From Candidatus Marinacidobacterales bacterium (lineage in GTDB: Bacteria; Acidobacteriota; Vicinamibacteria; Marinacidobacterales; DATDRI01): 64,000 bases of DNA. Shown piece by piece: positions 11,169 through 22,104 of this stretch. The notes beneath the pieces are model-generated. The model did no database searches. It was not told where the DNA came from and saw only the letters and a list, made by a program, of their open reading frames with translations. The position numbers were made by a program, and so were the translations under genes. Location of the stretch: NCBI GenBank assembly GCA_965219415.1, contig OZ244742.1, positions 128,001-192,000 on the forward strand, written 5' to 3'. Position 1 is the first letter of the stretch, and every line of letters starts with the position of its first letter.

Positions 11169-11855
11169 TCAGTGAGGAGCCAGAATTGGGACTGGTAACT
11201 GAAGACCGTAAAGACGATACGGTCCCCTTTGGGGGAGTAGGATGGTTGGGTCTTGTCCGTGGGGTCGAAGGTGATCTGCTCCGGCTTGCCACCGGTCTCG
11301 GGCACGCGAAAGATCTGGAAGTAACCCTTTGGGCCTGGTCCCACGAAGGCGACCCCACCTGCCGTCCGGCGAGAGGCCGATGCCCGAGTAGTGCTGTTCA
11401 CTGTCCCACCGGTGGATCAATCTCGGCGTTCCACCGGTGCGAGGCACCGTGTAAATCGCCTTCTTACCCGGAGGTCCAGCGCTTTCGAAAACCAGCGTTT
11501 CGCTATCGGGCATCCACTCTGTCTGCATCGCGTGCTGCGTGAAACCTTCCAGCGGCACTTCTTCCTGAGGTTGAGTGACCGTGCCGGTCTCTTGATCCAT
11601 CCCCACGACGTAGATCCGCGCTTTCGGCCGGTCATTGACGTGGCTTGGGTAGACCAGCCACTTCCCGTCTGGCGACCAACGCGGCCAACCGGTCTCGTGT
11701 CCGTCTCGGGTGATCTGACGCGACGGTTGTGAACCGTCGGCGGGCTCGATCCACAGATCGTCCGAAGGCCCAAAATGAGAATGAAAGGTGACCCACTTCC
11801 CATTCGGAGACCAGCACATGCCTTGCTCTTCGGAAGTCGACGACTGAACCGTATG
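11169..11855 (-). pseudogene. C-terminal part of a TolB-like PD40 beta-propeller protein
   Basis: Repeated WSPNG/WSPDG/LSPDG/YSPKG motifs; 5' end missing; frameshift near 11355. Confidence 0.75.
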
Positions 11856-12434
11856 CTCTACAGCCTGGGACTTTGAGCTCAAACGAGCTTCGACGTCAGC
11901 CATCGCACTTCGCGTACCTGCGGACGCCAGAGCCGGGATGGTAGCCGCACGCCGGGTCAAATAGAAAAAATTACGCGTGACGAGTGTTCCCCCCCAGCTC
12001 CTTCGTCACGTCCCGCAAACGCCAGCGCCCTCGGTTATCTTCGAGCCAGTCGACAAAGTAATGAAGGCGCGATGCATAACTCGCCATATCCCACTCCGGT
12101 AACGAAGCCCCAGCAATTCCCACACGAAACAGCCTTCGGTAGGTTGTTCGCGCCAGGCACAGCGAGCCACACTGAGACTGCTCTCGATGAACGACACGCA
12201 CTCGAAACGCCACAGCTCGGCCCGAAAGGTTTCCTGGACCGTCATTTCAGCAGAATGGTCGTAGGGTGTGTCGACTCGGGCTCGGGCGGCTCTGCCGAGA
12301 AACTCGCCGAAGTCTTCCTCGAGCCTTGGGGCACCGACCGATTGATACCAGCGGGATAGCAGAGAATTCTGATGGGGCGACCGATCGCCGCCGGCAACAA
12401 GCGCCATCAGCGCCAATGAGGCTAAAACGTGCAC
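11856..12434 (-). pseudogene. DUF1460 (amidase-like) protein, 3'-truncated and frameshifted
   Basis: Signal peptide, FECVSFIESSLSVARC, YASRLHYFVDWLEDN, then NFFYLTRR...ADVEARLS fused to the PD40 fragment. Confidence 0.7.
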
Positions 12435-12582
12435 CGGGACTTTATTCTACACCCAACTGGCCGACGTCGAATGCCCACCCCCTGACGCGCTAACGTTGAG
12501 AAGCCGCCTCACTTGGGGTTAGAGTAGGGCCGCATTTGAGCCTGCCGCGGAAATTCGGCGGCTCACAAAGGGAGAAGGCGAC

Positions 12583-13026
12583 ATGGCACGCAAGTACGAG
12601 CTCAGCGGATCCCTCCGATTCATCAACTCGCTCATGAGCCCGCTCGCCAAGTGGGGTTTCGGCCCGGATGTTCTGCATGTCCTGACCACCACCGGGCGAA
12701 AATCGGGACAACCCCGCAGCACGCCGGTCAACGTCATAGCCATGAACAACGAGCGGTGGATCGTCTCGCCCTACGGAGAGCGGGGATGGGTCAAGAACGT
12801 TCGCGCCGGAGGAGAAGTCCGCATTCGGCGTGGGTCGAAAGACGAAGCCATTCACCTAGAGGAGGCTGACGCCCAGACCGCCGCCCCTGTTCTGCAGGAG
12901 TACGTGAGGACGACCCCGATTACACAGCCTTACTTCGACATCACTCCCGATTCGTCACAAGTTGCCTTCGTCGCCGAGGCCGTGAAGCATCCGGTCTTTC
13001 GAGTCGTCGCGAAGGGTCCGGCGTAA
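12583..13026 (+). CDS. Deazaflavin (F420)-dependent nitroreductase family protein
   Basis: LTTTGRKSGQPRSTPV, GWVKNVRAGG, HPVF. Confidence 0.85.
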   Translation: MARKYELSGSLRFINSLMSPLAKWGFGPDVLHVLTTTGRKSGQPRSTPVNVIAMNNERWIVSPYGERGWVKNVRAGGEVRIRRGSKDEAIHLEEADAQTAAPVLQEYVRTTPITQPYFDITPDSSQVAFVAEAVKHPVFRVVAKGPA

Positions 13027-13042
13027 AAGGAGGATTCCATTC

Positions 13043-14030
13043 ATGAAACCCGACCGACTGCTCAGCTTGATCGCCCTTGGCTTGTTGCTCACAGCATCCA
13101 CCCTCTCGGCGGAAGAGGATGTCGTCGCGACGTTCTCAATTGTTGCGATAGATCCGGATACCGGTGCGATGGGTTGCGCGGTGCAATCCCGCTACTTCGC
13201 GGTGGGAGCCGTCGTGCCGTGGGGCGAAGCCGATATCGGAGTCATCGCTACCCAGGCGAACGTGAACGTCGGTTACGGGCCGCAGGGCATGGCCTTGCTG
13301 CGACAGGGGCTCAGTGCGGATGAAGTGCTGGAACGGCTACTGGCGGAGGACACGTTTCCCGGTAAGGATGGTCGACAGGTCCGCGATCGTCGACCCGAAA
13401 GGCAACCTCGCGGTGTTCACCGGCCCCGAGGCTGCCGATTGGGCGGGACACAAAAAAGGTAAGAACTATTCCGCGCAAGGCAACATATTGGCCGGCCCGC
13501 AAGTCGTCGATCAAATGGCGGAGGCGTTCGAAAAATCCACGGGCGGTCTCGCCGAGCGATTGCTCGCCGCACTCGAAGGTGGCCAGGCCGGCGGAGGCGA
13601 CCGGCGCGGCCGGCAGTCGGCGGCGCTTCTCGTTGTCGAAGAAGGTGGCGGCCGCAATACCAACAATGATGTCACGGTTCGACTCCACGTCGAGGATCAT
13701 CCGATGCCGATCCTGGAACTGCGTCGGCTGCTAAAAATCCAGTTTTCCATGAACGCCATGTCGAAGAGTCGCGGTTTGGCTCGCGAAAAAGACGCAGAAG
13801 GTGCTCTCGCCGAGGCGCGACGCGCGGTGGAGCTCTGGCCGGACGGACCCAATACGCATCTCAACTTGGGCCTCCTCGCCTACTCCGCGGGCGACAAGGA
13901 AACCGCCCTATCCGAGCTCATGAGAGGCGCCGCACTCAACCCGTATTTCTGCACCCAGCTCAAGGCCACCATAATGTGGACCGAGCACGAGGGCCTCGAA
14001 GAGGGCTTCATGAAGAAGTTCTGCCATTGA
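13043..14030 (+). CDS. DUF1028 (Ntn-hydrolase-like) protein with C-terminal TPR, frameshift near 13380
   Basis: Signal peptide then TFSIVAID, IATQA, AQGNILAG, GGDRRGRQSAALLV. Confidence 0.85.
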
Positions 14031-14052
14031 CGATGACGTCAGGAGGTCTAAT

Positions 14053-15381
14053 TTGTTGAGACCAACCACTATTTTGTTCTTCCTAGGCGCGCCACTGTTG
14101 CTGGCGAGGCCCGCCCTCGCCCAGAACAAGCCCCAAGCTTTCGTCGGCGCCCGGATCATTCCGGTAAGTCCGGACGGAAGTGTAGAAATCGACGACGGCG
14201 TTCTTGTCATCGAAGGGGGCGAAATCGTCGCGGTGGGTCCCGCCGGCTCGGTCGACATTCCGTCGAACGCCGAGCGGCACGATGTGTCCGGTTCGCTCAT
14301 CATGCCCGGGCTCATTGATACGCATAGCCACATCGCTGGACCACGGGGAGCCGATGGCAGCGCGCCCATCCAGCCCGATGCCCGTGTGATCGATTCCCTC
14401 AACATGCGCGACGCGCGCGTTCAAAAGGCGCAGGCGGGTGGCATCACCACTGCCAACATCATGCCGGGGTCCGGGCACCTGATGAGCGGTCAAACCCTCT
14501 ACCTCAAGTTGCGAGAGGGACGCATCGTCGACGATTTCCTCATCCGTAGAGAGGACGGGACGATCGCGTCGGGCATGAAGATGGCGAACGGCACGAACTC
14601 GCGAAGGGATCCCCCGTTTCCGGGCACACGAGCGAAGTCGGCGGCACTCGTAAGGGAGCAGTACGTCAAGGCTCAAGAGTACCGCGACAAGATTCGTCGC
14701 GCCGACGGCGACCCGGATAAGATGCCGCCGCGCGACCTACGCATGGAGGCGTTGGTCGAGATCCTTGACGGCAAGCGCATGGTGCACCATCACACGCACC
14801 GCTACGATGACATCCTCACTGTTTTGAGACTTGCCGAGGAGTTCGGATTCCGGGTCGTTCTGCAACACGCAAGCGACTCACACAAAGTGGCCGCTGAAAT
14901 CGCCGCGGCCGGTGCGCCGGTATCGATCATTGCGATCGACAGCCCGGGAGGAAAGATCGAGACCAAGGACGGACAATTCTCGCAGGGGAACGGCGCCGCG
15001 CTCGAGCAAGCTGGGGCCCTCGTGGGTTTTCATACCGATGACGGCATCTCCGACTCTCGACTGTTTCTGCGTTGCGCTGCTCTTGCGGTGCGGGCGGGGA
15101 TGACGCGCGCCGGAGCGATTTACGGACTCACCATGGCGGGAGCCAGGATGCTAGAGCTCGAGGAGCGTATCGGATCCCTCAAGCCAGGTAAAGACGCAGA
15201 TTTCGTCGTCCTTTCTGGAGATCCGCTTAGCGTGTACACGAAGGTCTTGCAAACATGGGTGGAGGGCGACAAGGTTTTCGATCGGGACAATGCCCAGGAT
15301 CGCTTGTACGCGGTGGGTGGCTACGGGGCCGGCCACGATCAGCCGCTGGTGTTCCAAGAGCTCTTGGACGAGGGACGCTAA
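14053..15381 (+). CDS. Secreted amidohydrolase family protein
   Basis: MPGLIDTHSH, GFHTDD, IGSLKPGKDAD. Confidence 0.88.
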   Translation: MLRPTTILFFLGAPLLLARPALAQNKPQAFVGARIIPVSPDGSVEIDDGVLVIEGGEIVAVGPAGSVDIPSNAERHDVSGSLIMPGLIDTHSHIAGPRGADGSAPIQPDARVIDSLNMRDARVQKAQAGGITTANIMPGSGHLMSGQTLYLKLREGRIVDDFLIRREDGTIASGMKMANGTNSRRDPPFPGTRAKSAALVREQYVKAQEYRDKIRRADGDPDKMPPRDLRMEALVEILDGKRMVHHHTHRYDDILTVLRLAEEFGFRVVLQHASDSHKVAAEIAAAGAPVSIIAIDSPGGKIETKDGQFSQGNGAALEQAGALVGFHTDDGISDSRLFLRCAALAVRAGMTRAGAIYGLTMAGARMLELEERIGSLKPGKDADFVVLSGDPLSVYTKVLQTWVEGDKVFDRDNAQDRLYAVGGYGAGHDQPLVFQELLDEGR

Positions 15382-16601
15382 TGCGAAGCCATGGAGGAGT
15401 TTTGTTGTATGCGTTGGCGACCCTCTTTTTGTCCTGGCCTCTTCAGGCCCAAGTCGCCGTCCGGGGGGAGACGGTCTATACGATGGCCGGCCCTCCCATC
15501 TCGGATGGTGTCGTCCTGATCCGCGACGGCAAGATCGAGCGCGTGGGTCCTGCCTCTACTGTCACGATACCAAACGGATTCCGGGTTCTGACCGCCCAGG
15601 TCGCCACACCGGGGCTGATCGATGCGCACACCGTGGTAGGCATCGCCGGTTACCTCAACCAACCGACCGATCAGGAGCAACTGGAACCCTCTGCACCGAT
15701 GCAGCCCGAACTGAGAGCGATGGACGCCTACGACGCGCGGGAGCGGCTCGTGGAGTGGCTTCGGGAGTTCGGCATCACCACGATCCATACCGGCCATTCC
15801 CCCGGCGCTCTCATATCTGGACGGACGATGATCGTGAAGACGCGGGGCAACAACGTGGACGAAGCCGTTCTCGTTCCCGAAGCCATGGTCGCTGCGACAC
15901 TCGGTGACAGCGCCCGAGGGGAAGACAGGAAGCCGCCCGGAACGCGGGCGAAGATGGTGGCGATGCTGCGAACGGAATTCATCAAGGCGCAAGACTATCT
16001 CGACAAGCAGGCAAGTGATGACGAAGAGAAAAAGCCCGATCGCGATCTCAGACTCGAAGTCTTCGGCAAGATGCTCAATCGCGAGCTTCCGCTCCTCGTG
16101 ACCGCCCAGCGCTCTCAGGATATTTTGACCGCCATTCGCCTTGCCAAGGAGTTCGAAATTCGACTCGTCCTGGACGGCGCTGCGGAGGGCTACTTGGTCA
16201 CCGAACAGATCAAGGCGTCGGGATATCCCGTCATCTTGCACCCCACCATGTATCGCTCGGGCGCCGAGACCGAGAATCTCACCATGGAGGCCGCATCCCG
16301 CCTGAAGGCGGCAAACATCCCATTCGCCCTCCAAAGCGGCTATGAGTCCTATGTACCGAAGACTCGCGTCGTTCTCTTCGAAGCGGCCCTCGCCGCAGCC
16401 AATGGGTTATCCTTCGAGGAAGCGCTCTCCTCCATTACCATCGACGCCGCTCGTCTGCTTGGGGTCGACGATCGCGTGGGGTCGCTCGAATCAGGCAAGG
16501 ACGGTGACGTCGCGCTCTACGATGGAGACCCCTTCGAGTACACGAGCCACTGCGTGGGCACCGTGATCGATGGAGAAGTAGTCAGCGAGGTGGTTCGGTA
16601 G
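15381..16601 (+). CDS. Secreted amidohydrolase family protein, partner with partly degenerate metal site
   Basis: TAATG overlap with the upstream gene; PGLIDAHT, VGSLESGKDGD. Confidence 0.85.
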   Translation: MRSHGGVLLYALATLFLSWPLQAQVAVRGETVYTMAGPPISDGVVLIRDGKIERVGPASTVTIPNGFRVLTAQVATPGLIDAHTVVGIAGYLNQPTDQEQLEPSAPMQPELRAMDAYDARERLVEWLREFGITTIHTGHSPGALISGRTMIVKTRGNNVDEAVLVPEAMVAATLGDSARGEDRKPPGTRAKMVAMLRTEFIKAQDYLDKQASDDEEKKPDRDLRLEVFGKMLNRELPLLVTAQRSQDILTAIRLAKEFEIRLVLDGAAEGYLVTEQIKASGYPVILHPTMYRSGAETENLTMEAASRLKAANIPFALQSGYESYVPKTRVVLFEAALAAANGLSFEEALSSITIDAARLLGVDDRVGSLESGKDGDVALYDGDPFEYTSHCVGTVIDGEVVSEVVR

Positions 16602-18249
16602 GAGCGGCTTGCGAGGTCCTTACAAACCGGAAGTTCCTGGCTCGCCCCATGCTGGGCCGAAATCCGGACACGTTTCCCTGGGCGTCTCTATCGAAGACAA
16701 TACTTCCCCACTCCCAGCGGAAACCATCGCGAAACATCGGCTCGAGCGCTGGGTCATCCAAGTCAAGACCGACCACTGTCAGTTCGCCGTCTCCTGATAG
16801 TTGAATCTGGTAGGTCGCGTCGACGTCCTCGCAATAATAGGAACCCCGGTATACGCCTAAGTCCGTCTCGGGCGGAGGAAGGTCACGCAGAGACTCGAAC
16901 TGGAAGGGCCGCTGGCCTCGGCTCTGCAACTTCAGTCGATTGTTCCCGTCGAAAACGACGTCCACTTCGTCCATGCCCCGAACCGCACGGAATCGGTTCT
17001 CATCCTGCCCCAGCAGACGGTAAGGGTATCCGTCGATTTTCAGTACATGGACTCCCTCTTCCACCGCGAGCTCCACAAACTCTCCCGTCCGCTCGCCCCA
17101 GTACTCGCCGACCCTGCCTTCCAGAAACGCTTCCTCAACCGCAACTCCAACCGACGAGGGTTCCGGCGTCATGTGCTCGCCCAAGTAAATGTCCGCGATC
17201 TTGCGCGCCAACGCCGTCGGCTGCGCATCGCGCCGGTTGCAAAGGCAAATGACAGAAAACTTCTGCTTCGGAAACTGCAGGATGCCGGCACGGTAACCGA
17301 CCCAGGAGCCTCCATGCCCGACGGTGTCGAGCCCGCGGTACGAGCTCACGCCCAAACCGAGAGCATAGTCCTGAGAGACGCCGTCGTTCAGTACACCCGG
17401 CGTCAGCATCTCTTTCATGACGGCGTCCCCACCCAGTTTGTTGTCGTAAAAGTTCTGATCCCAGATGAGCAGATCCTCCACCTTGGTAAAGACGCCGCCA
17501 TCACCGACCAGGTCGATCTTCGAGACATCGACTTCGAAGCCACCGCCCTTGGTGCGCCGATATCCGGTCGCGCGGTTCGGGACAATCATCCGCAGATCGT
17601 CGAGGAAGAAGGTGTTCGTCATTCCCAAAGGCTGAAATATCCTTTCGTCCGCCCACTCCCTTAGGCTTTTCTCGGTTGCCCGAGGAATGATCTGTGAAAT
17701 GAGAAAGTATCCGGAGTTGCTGTACAGGTATTCGTCACCGGGCGGGAAGTTGAGGTGCTTCTGCCGGGCAATGATCGCCAGAGCGTCTTCGACCGTAAAG
17801 TAGTCATTCTCCGAAGGATTACCTGCGATGTCCATTAGCTCCAAATAGTCCCGGATCCCGCTCGAGTGGTAGAGCATCTGGCGAATCGTTACCTGGGCGG
17901 GAAGATTTCTAAGCTCGGGGAGATGTTTTCGAACGTCGTCGTCGAGAGAAAGCTTTCCCTCGGCAGCCGCGAGAGCGATCGCGATGGCGGTAAACTGCTT
18001 CGAGACCGATCCGATGCGAAACACCGTCTCGGGAAGATTCGGAATGCCGTAGTCCAAATTCGCCATCCCGTAGCCGCGTTGGTAGATGAAGTGGCCGTCC
18101 TGGATGATGCCCAGTCCGCAGCCGGGAACGTCGGCGCGATCGAAATCCTTGAAGAGGGCGTTGACCCGATCAGTGCGTGAATCCGGCGGCGCGGCAGAGA
18201 CTAGGCTCGCCAGAAAAAGAGGGGCGAGAATTGCTGGGCTACCCTTCAT
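16582..18249 (-). CDS. Serine hydrolase, beta-lactamase class C-like
   Basis: GSVSKQF (SxxK), YSNSGY, HGGSW; signal peptide. Confidence 0.9.
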   Translation of the reverse strand: MKGSPAILAPLFLASLVSAAPPDSRTDRVNALFKDFDRADVPGCGLGIIQDGHFIYQRGYGMANLDYGIPNLPETVFRIGSVSKQFTAIAIALAAAEGKLSLDDDVRKHLPELRNLPAQVTIRQMLYHSSGIRDYLELMDIAGNPSENDYFTVEDALAIIARQKHLNFPPGDEYLYSNSGYFLISQIIPRATEKSLREWADERIFQPLGMTNTFFLDDLRMIVPNRATGYRRTKGGGFEVDVSKIDLVGDGGVFTKVEDLLIWDQNFYDNKLGGDAVMKEMLTPGVLNDGVSQDYALGLGVSSYRGLDTVGHGGSWVGYRAGILQFPKQKFSVICLCNRRDAQPTALARKIADIYLGEHMTPEPSSVGVAVEEAFLEGRVGEYWGERTGEFVELAVEEGVHVLKIDGYPYRLLGQDENRFRAVRGMDEVDVVFDGNNRLKLQSRGQRPFQFESLRDLPPPETDLGVYRGSYYCEDVDATYQIQLSGDGELTVVGLDLDDPALEPMFRDGFRWEWGSIVFDRDAQGNVSGFRPSMGRARNFRFVRTSQAAPTEPPR

Positions 18250-18252
18250 TTG

Positions 18253-19686
18253 CTACTGAAGCCCAACCTGCCCGTTCACGGACTCGATGAGCTTCTGCGA
18301 ATCGTAACCCACGCCATCTTTGAAAACGGTTACTACCTGCCGAATATCAGTCGGCACCTGCACCGGATCTCCCTTGATCACCACCAAATCGGCCAGCTTG
18401 CCGGGCTCGACGCTTCCGATTTGGTCTTCGAGACCGAGCACCTTGGCGCCGTTGAGGGTCATGATTTGGAGGGTCTCCACCGGTGTGAACTCCGCCTCCA
18501 AGAGCAATTCGTAGTTTCTCTGATCCCCGAAGCCTGGGAGCGCACCACCGTTTCCGGTGGGATCCACACCCGCCGCCAGAAGCCCGCCCGCTTGCACGAA
18601 AGCGTACTCGAATGCCTGGGCACGCGGGAACAGCTGTTTCATGTTCGACTCTTCTGCCTCGGCTGCGATCTCTGCCCGCGCCGCGAGGTACTCCTCTCTC
18701 GCGCCCGGGGAGAGTGCCTGGAGGTTTCGATCCTCGAGCGGCGGACGGCCCGGTACGTAGAGCTCGTAGACCGCGAGCGTAGACGTCATCGCCACGCCGT
18801 TGTCCACCATGTGTCGGATCGTCGCTTGGACCTCGTCGCTGGATATGTCTAGATCTCGCAAGCTTTCTTCGAGATCGGTCGGGCACTCGTCGGCTTTCTT
18901 GGTGGCATGCCAATCACTGTTCGTGAAGAAGCCATGCTCCAGGTTGTCGATCCCGAGATCCACCGCCTCGGTAAAGGAGACCGAGCAAATGTGTCCTGTA
19001 AACTTGAGCCCGCGCTGGTGCGCTTCGTCGATAGCGGCGGCCAGCTCGGCGCGAGAGATGCGGGTATAGGCCTTGAACCATGTGGCGCCCTCTTCTGCCC
19101 AGTACGCAACCACGCGCCGGGCATCGTCGGGAGTAGAAACTTGCGCCATGGTGGCACCCGCCCGACCCGGCGCCGGTCCCGAGATGTAAGGGCCGGTGAT
19201 GTGCATGCGTGGTCCTACCGACTCGCCATCTTCGATGGAACGCTTCATGTTGATCTCACTGTAGGGAGAGAAGCTTCCGGTTGTTCGGATCGTCGTGACA
19301 CCACTGGCCAAGTAGAGCCGCGGAGAGCTCGTGTTCATCTGGGCCTCACGGCGGTTGGTCGTATAGAACGTATGGTCATGGAGCCCGACGATACCTGGAA
19401 TCACGGTGTGGCCCTTGAGATCCAAAACATCCGCGTCCTCAGGAATGCTGACTTGGGAGGATTGCCCTACTGCCGCGATCTCACCATCTTTGATGACGAT
19501 GGTCTGATCTTTTTTCGGGGCCGCCCCCGTTCCGTCGACCAGTTGCACATGAGTGAGCGCGATCGTTTTAGCATCGAAGCTAACGAACTCCTTCGCGTCC
19601 TCAGACAAAGAAGAAGCCGGTTGGGCAAACAAAGACCCCGACGACAACGAGGTAACCGTCGCGGCAATCAAGATTTGGCGTCGCAT
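18253..19686 (-). CDS. Secreted amidohydrolase
   Basis: IPGIVGLHDH, WFKAY, TGH, LEHG, AGVDP, IGSVEPGKLADL. Confidence 0.88.
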   Translation of the reverse strand: MRRQILIAATVTSLSSGSLFAQPASSLSEDAKEFVSFDAKTIALTHVQLVDGTGAAPKKDQTIVIKDGEIAAVGQSSQVSIPEDADVLDLKGHTVIPGIVGLHDHTFYTTNRREAQMNTSSPRLYLASGVTTIRTTGSFSPYSEINMKRSIEDGESVGPRMHITGPYISGPAPGRAGATMAQVSTPDDARRVVAYWAEEGATWFKAYTRISRAELAAAIDEAHQRGLKFTGHICSVSFTEAVDLGIDNLEHGFFTNSDWHATKKADECPTDLEESLRDLDISSDEVQATIRHMVDNGVAMTSTLAVYELYVPGRPPLEDRNLQALSPGAREEYLAARAEIAAEAEESNMKQLFPRAQAFEYAFVQAGGLLAAGVDPTGNGGALPGFGDQRNYELLLEAEFTPVETLQIMTLNGAKVLGLEDQIGSVEPGKLADLVVIKGDPVQVPTDIRQVVTVFKDGVGYDSQKLIESVNGQVGLQ

Positions 19687-19696
19687 GAACTCCTCC

Positions 19697-21763
19697 TCAA
19701 TCCACTGTGAAAACGAGCTTCATACCCGCTTCCAAGTGCTCGGCGATGTGGCAATGGGCCATCCAACGCCCGGGATTCGAAAGCTCCAGAAGGATATCGA
19801 TCGTGGTGCCGACTGGCAAGAGCACGGTGTCTTTCCATACCCGGTTCTGGTTGGGCACTCCGTTTTGGGACAAGACGATAAACCGCTGGCCATGGATATG
19901 AAAGGGATGCTGCATGGCGTGGAAGGCGTCCCGATCGTTGGTCAGGCGTATCTTGACCACGTCTCCCACCTTGAATCGCCAATCAATGTCCATGTTCTCG
20001 AGGCTTGTTTTCGGATCCTGCAGAATCCAGTGCACTTCGGAGCTGGTGCTGACCCAGTTCATCATCGGCATCGTCCCGCCCCACTCCACCGGATTGAAAT
20101 AAACGCGGTCGACCCGCATCCGCTGCATCACGGCGGGAGGAAGGTCCTCGAGCGCCAGGGTGAGGACAAGTTCGTGATCCACCCCCCGCCCGAAATGCGC
20201 TTCGTATTGAGCAATGTCCGCAGCGACGTCAGCGTTCTCTCGAAGGGCTGAAAAGTTCGTCTCATGACCAATGGCCACCCCCTCGGTAGCCACGTGCACC
20301 TTTCCCAGCTCCTCGGTTTCAGCGAAGAAGTTGCCGAATGTATGGTTTAGTACTTGGACGCGGTTGTTCAGAAGATGTTGCCCAGCCTCTGCGAATCGTA
20401 CTTCCACGATATAGCGTTCAGCGGGCGCAATCACCACGGAGTCTGCCCACGTCTCCCGCTCGAACTTACCGAGATCCGAGCCCACGACCTTGATCGGCAA
20501 GTCACCGAAAGACAGGTTGAAGGTGCGTGTATTGGACACGTTGGTCAAGAAGAAGCGCACCACCTCTCCGCGTTTCACCGACAGCTGATAATCGGGCTCT
20601 CCATTGATAAGGAAGACGTTCCCGAATCTCCCCATCAGAGTGTGAGTGGCGTTTTCCTTGCCAAACGGAAAGAGACCGTCCTCGGTAACGAGAAGGTCGT
20701 CCAACATGAGGACCTCTTCTCGGTTGACCGGATTGAAGTAGGTAGGGCTCGGGGGCCGGACCAACAGGTTGCCGTAGAGTCCGAGGTCTTGCTGGATGTC
20801 CTCCCGGTGGTGTGGGTGGTACCAGTAGATTCCGGCATCTCGAAAGAAAATCCGATACTGGAATGTATCCCCGGGCTCTACCGGGTCCTGCGTCACCCCG
20901 GGCACACCATCGAACGGATTATCGAGACGCACGCCGTGCCAGTGGACGGTCGTTGAGCGCTCGGTGAGATTCGTGAAGTTGACGAAGATCGTGGAGTTCT
21001 GGGACACTTGGATCAATGGTCCCGGATACTGGCCATTGAACCCATACATGATGTACGTGTGCCCGTGGATACTCCGTCTCACGGGAGCGGCCACCAGGTC
21101 GAGCGTTTGCCCGTCCGCGAGCTTCACGAGCTCCCGAGGTCTTGCATCCGGCACCGCGTCGAGGTCGTCGACCCGAGGTAGATAAGGCTCCGAGCGCGGA
21201 CGAAGACCTTCCATTCCTGGAATCATCCTCACCATCGGATGCATCGGCGGATGGGTCCAGCCGTCACCACCATGGTGGGCCGCTCGGCTGGTAGGTTTGG
21301 CGGGGAGCATCAAGTGGCTATCCGGCATCATGTGGCTGCTCGGAGACATTCCTCTTAGAACGAGTCGTCCCTCGCGGTCTGCAACATCGGCAGAAGCTTC
21401 CGCCGAGACCATGATGGTGAACTTGTTGAACGCGACCTGCCCAACGCTCTCGTTCCAGCCGTTTTCGATCTCTCCGAGCTTCACCATCGGACTCAGCAGG
21501 GGCGTCGTGACCCATGCTACGTAGGCGGTGTAATCACCGAGCGTCGACGGCTCAGGGAGACCCTCGATTCTCAGGCTGACGTCGTAAACATGATGTCCTT
21601 CCCGCGTCACCGCCATTCCGAATGGAGACTGAACCCAGCCGAGCTCGACCACACCGCCCGCCCCGTGCATAGCGGGTGTCGGCAGAAGCTCGATGCTGTA
21701 CATCGAGGGATCGCCCGTCGCCTGTGCGGCCGCGACCGCCAGGGAGAGGAAGAAAAGGAGCAC
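19697..21763 (-). CDS. Three-domain multicopper oxidase with extra N-terminal domain
   Basis: Copper motifs HWHG, WYHPH, HPFHIHG, HCHIAEHLEAGM; His/Met-rich linker. Confidence 0.93.
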   Translation of the reverse strand: MLLFFLSLAVAAAQATGDPSMYSIELLPTPAMHGAGGVVELGWVQSPFGMAVTREGHHVYDVSLRIEGLPEPSTLGDYTAYVAWVTTPLLSPMVKLGEIENGWNESVGQVAFNKFTIMVSAEASADVADREGRLVLRGMSPSSHMMPDSHLMLPAKPTSRAAHHGGDGWTHPPMHPMVRMIPGMEGLRPRSEPYLPRVDDLDAVPDARPRELVKLADGQTLDLVAAPVRRSIHGHTYIMYGFNGQYPGPLIQVSQNSTIFVNFTNLTERSTTVHWHGVRLDNPFDGVPGVTQDPVEPGDTFQYRIFFRDAGIYWYHPHHREDIQQDLGLYGNLLVRPPSPTYFNPVNREEVLMLDDLLVTEDGLFPFGKENATHTLMGRFGNVFLINGEPDYQLSVKRGEVVRFFLTNVSNTRTFNLSFGDLPIKVVGSDLGKFERETWADSVVIAPAERYIVEVRFAEAGQHLLNNRVQVLNHTFGNFFAETEELGKVHVATEGVAIGHETNFSALRENADVAADIAQYEAHFGRGVDHELVLTLALEDLPPAVMQRMRVDRVYFNPVEWGGTMPMMNWVSTSSEVHWILQDPKTSLENMDIDWRFKVGDVVKIRLTNDRDAFHAMQHPFHIHGQRFIVLSQNGVPNQNRVWKDTVLLPVGTTIDILLELSNPGRWMAHCHIAEHLEAGMKLVFTVD

Positions 21764-21992
21764 GGCGGATTATTGTTTGGCCGATGTCTGGAGTCAAAGG
21801 TGGCCGTGCCGGAGCGCTGCGTAGCGGGAGGAGAGGTTGTTACCTTTAGTTACTCGGTCCGGGCCGAGTGCCGGCTCCGCAAGAACCGAGATCGCTGAGA
21901 AAAATAATTCACTTTTTTGCTTGACAGCTTATTCGCGGCGATATGAAAAATATGGCGGGTACGATCTGGAGTGGGCCTGTACGTGCGACAAA

Positions 21993-22052
21993 CAAACGAT
22001 AGTCACGCTCGTTTGCTCAGATAGACTTCGAAAATGCCTCGATGCGTGCGCC
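21993..22052. repeat. Left arm of a degenerate inverted repeat flanking the HNH gene
   Basis: Hand alignment to the reverse complement of 23258..23317 gives about 38 of 62 identical columns, mismatches mostly transitions. Confidence 0.55.
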
Positions 22053-22104
22053 TTCAACACGAGCGCGCACAGAGCGTCAAAAAAGTCCGTGCTATAAATG
22101 GCGG

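Noticed and set aside
12537-12565. Hairpin upstream of the F420-dependent reductase as a riboswitch
   Set aside because: It is a single GC-rich stem with no recognisable aptamer motif.
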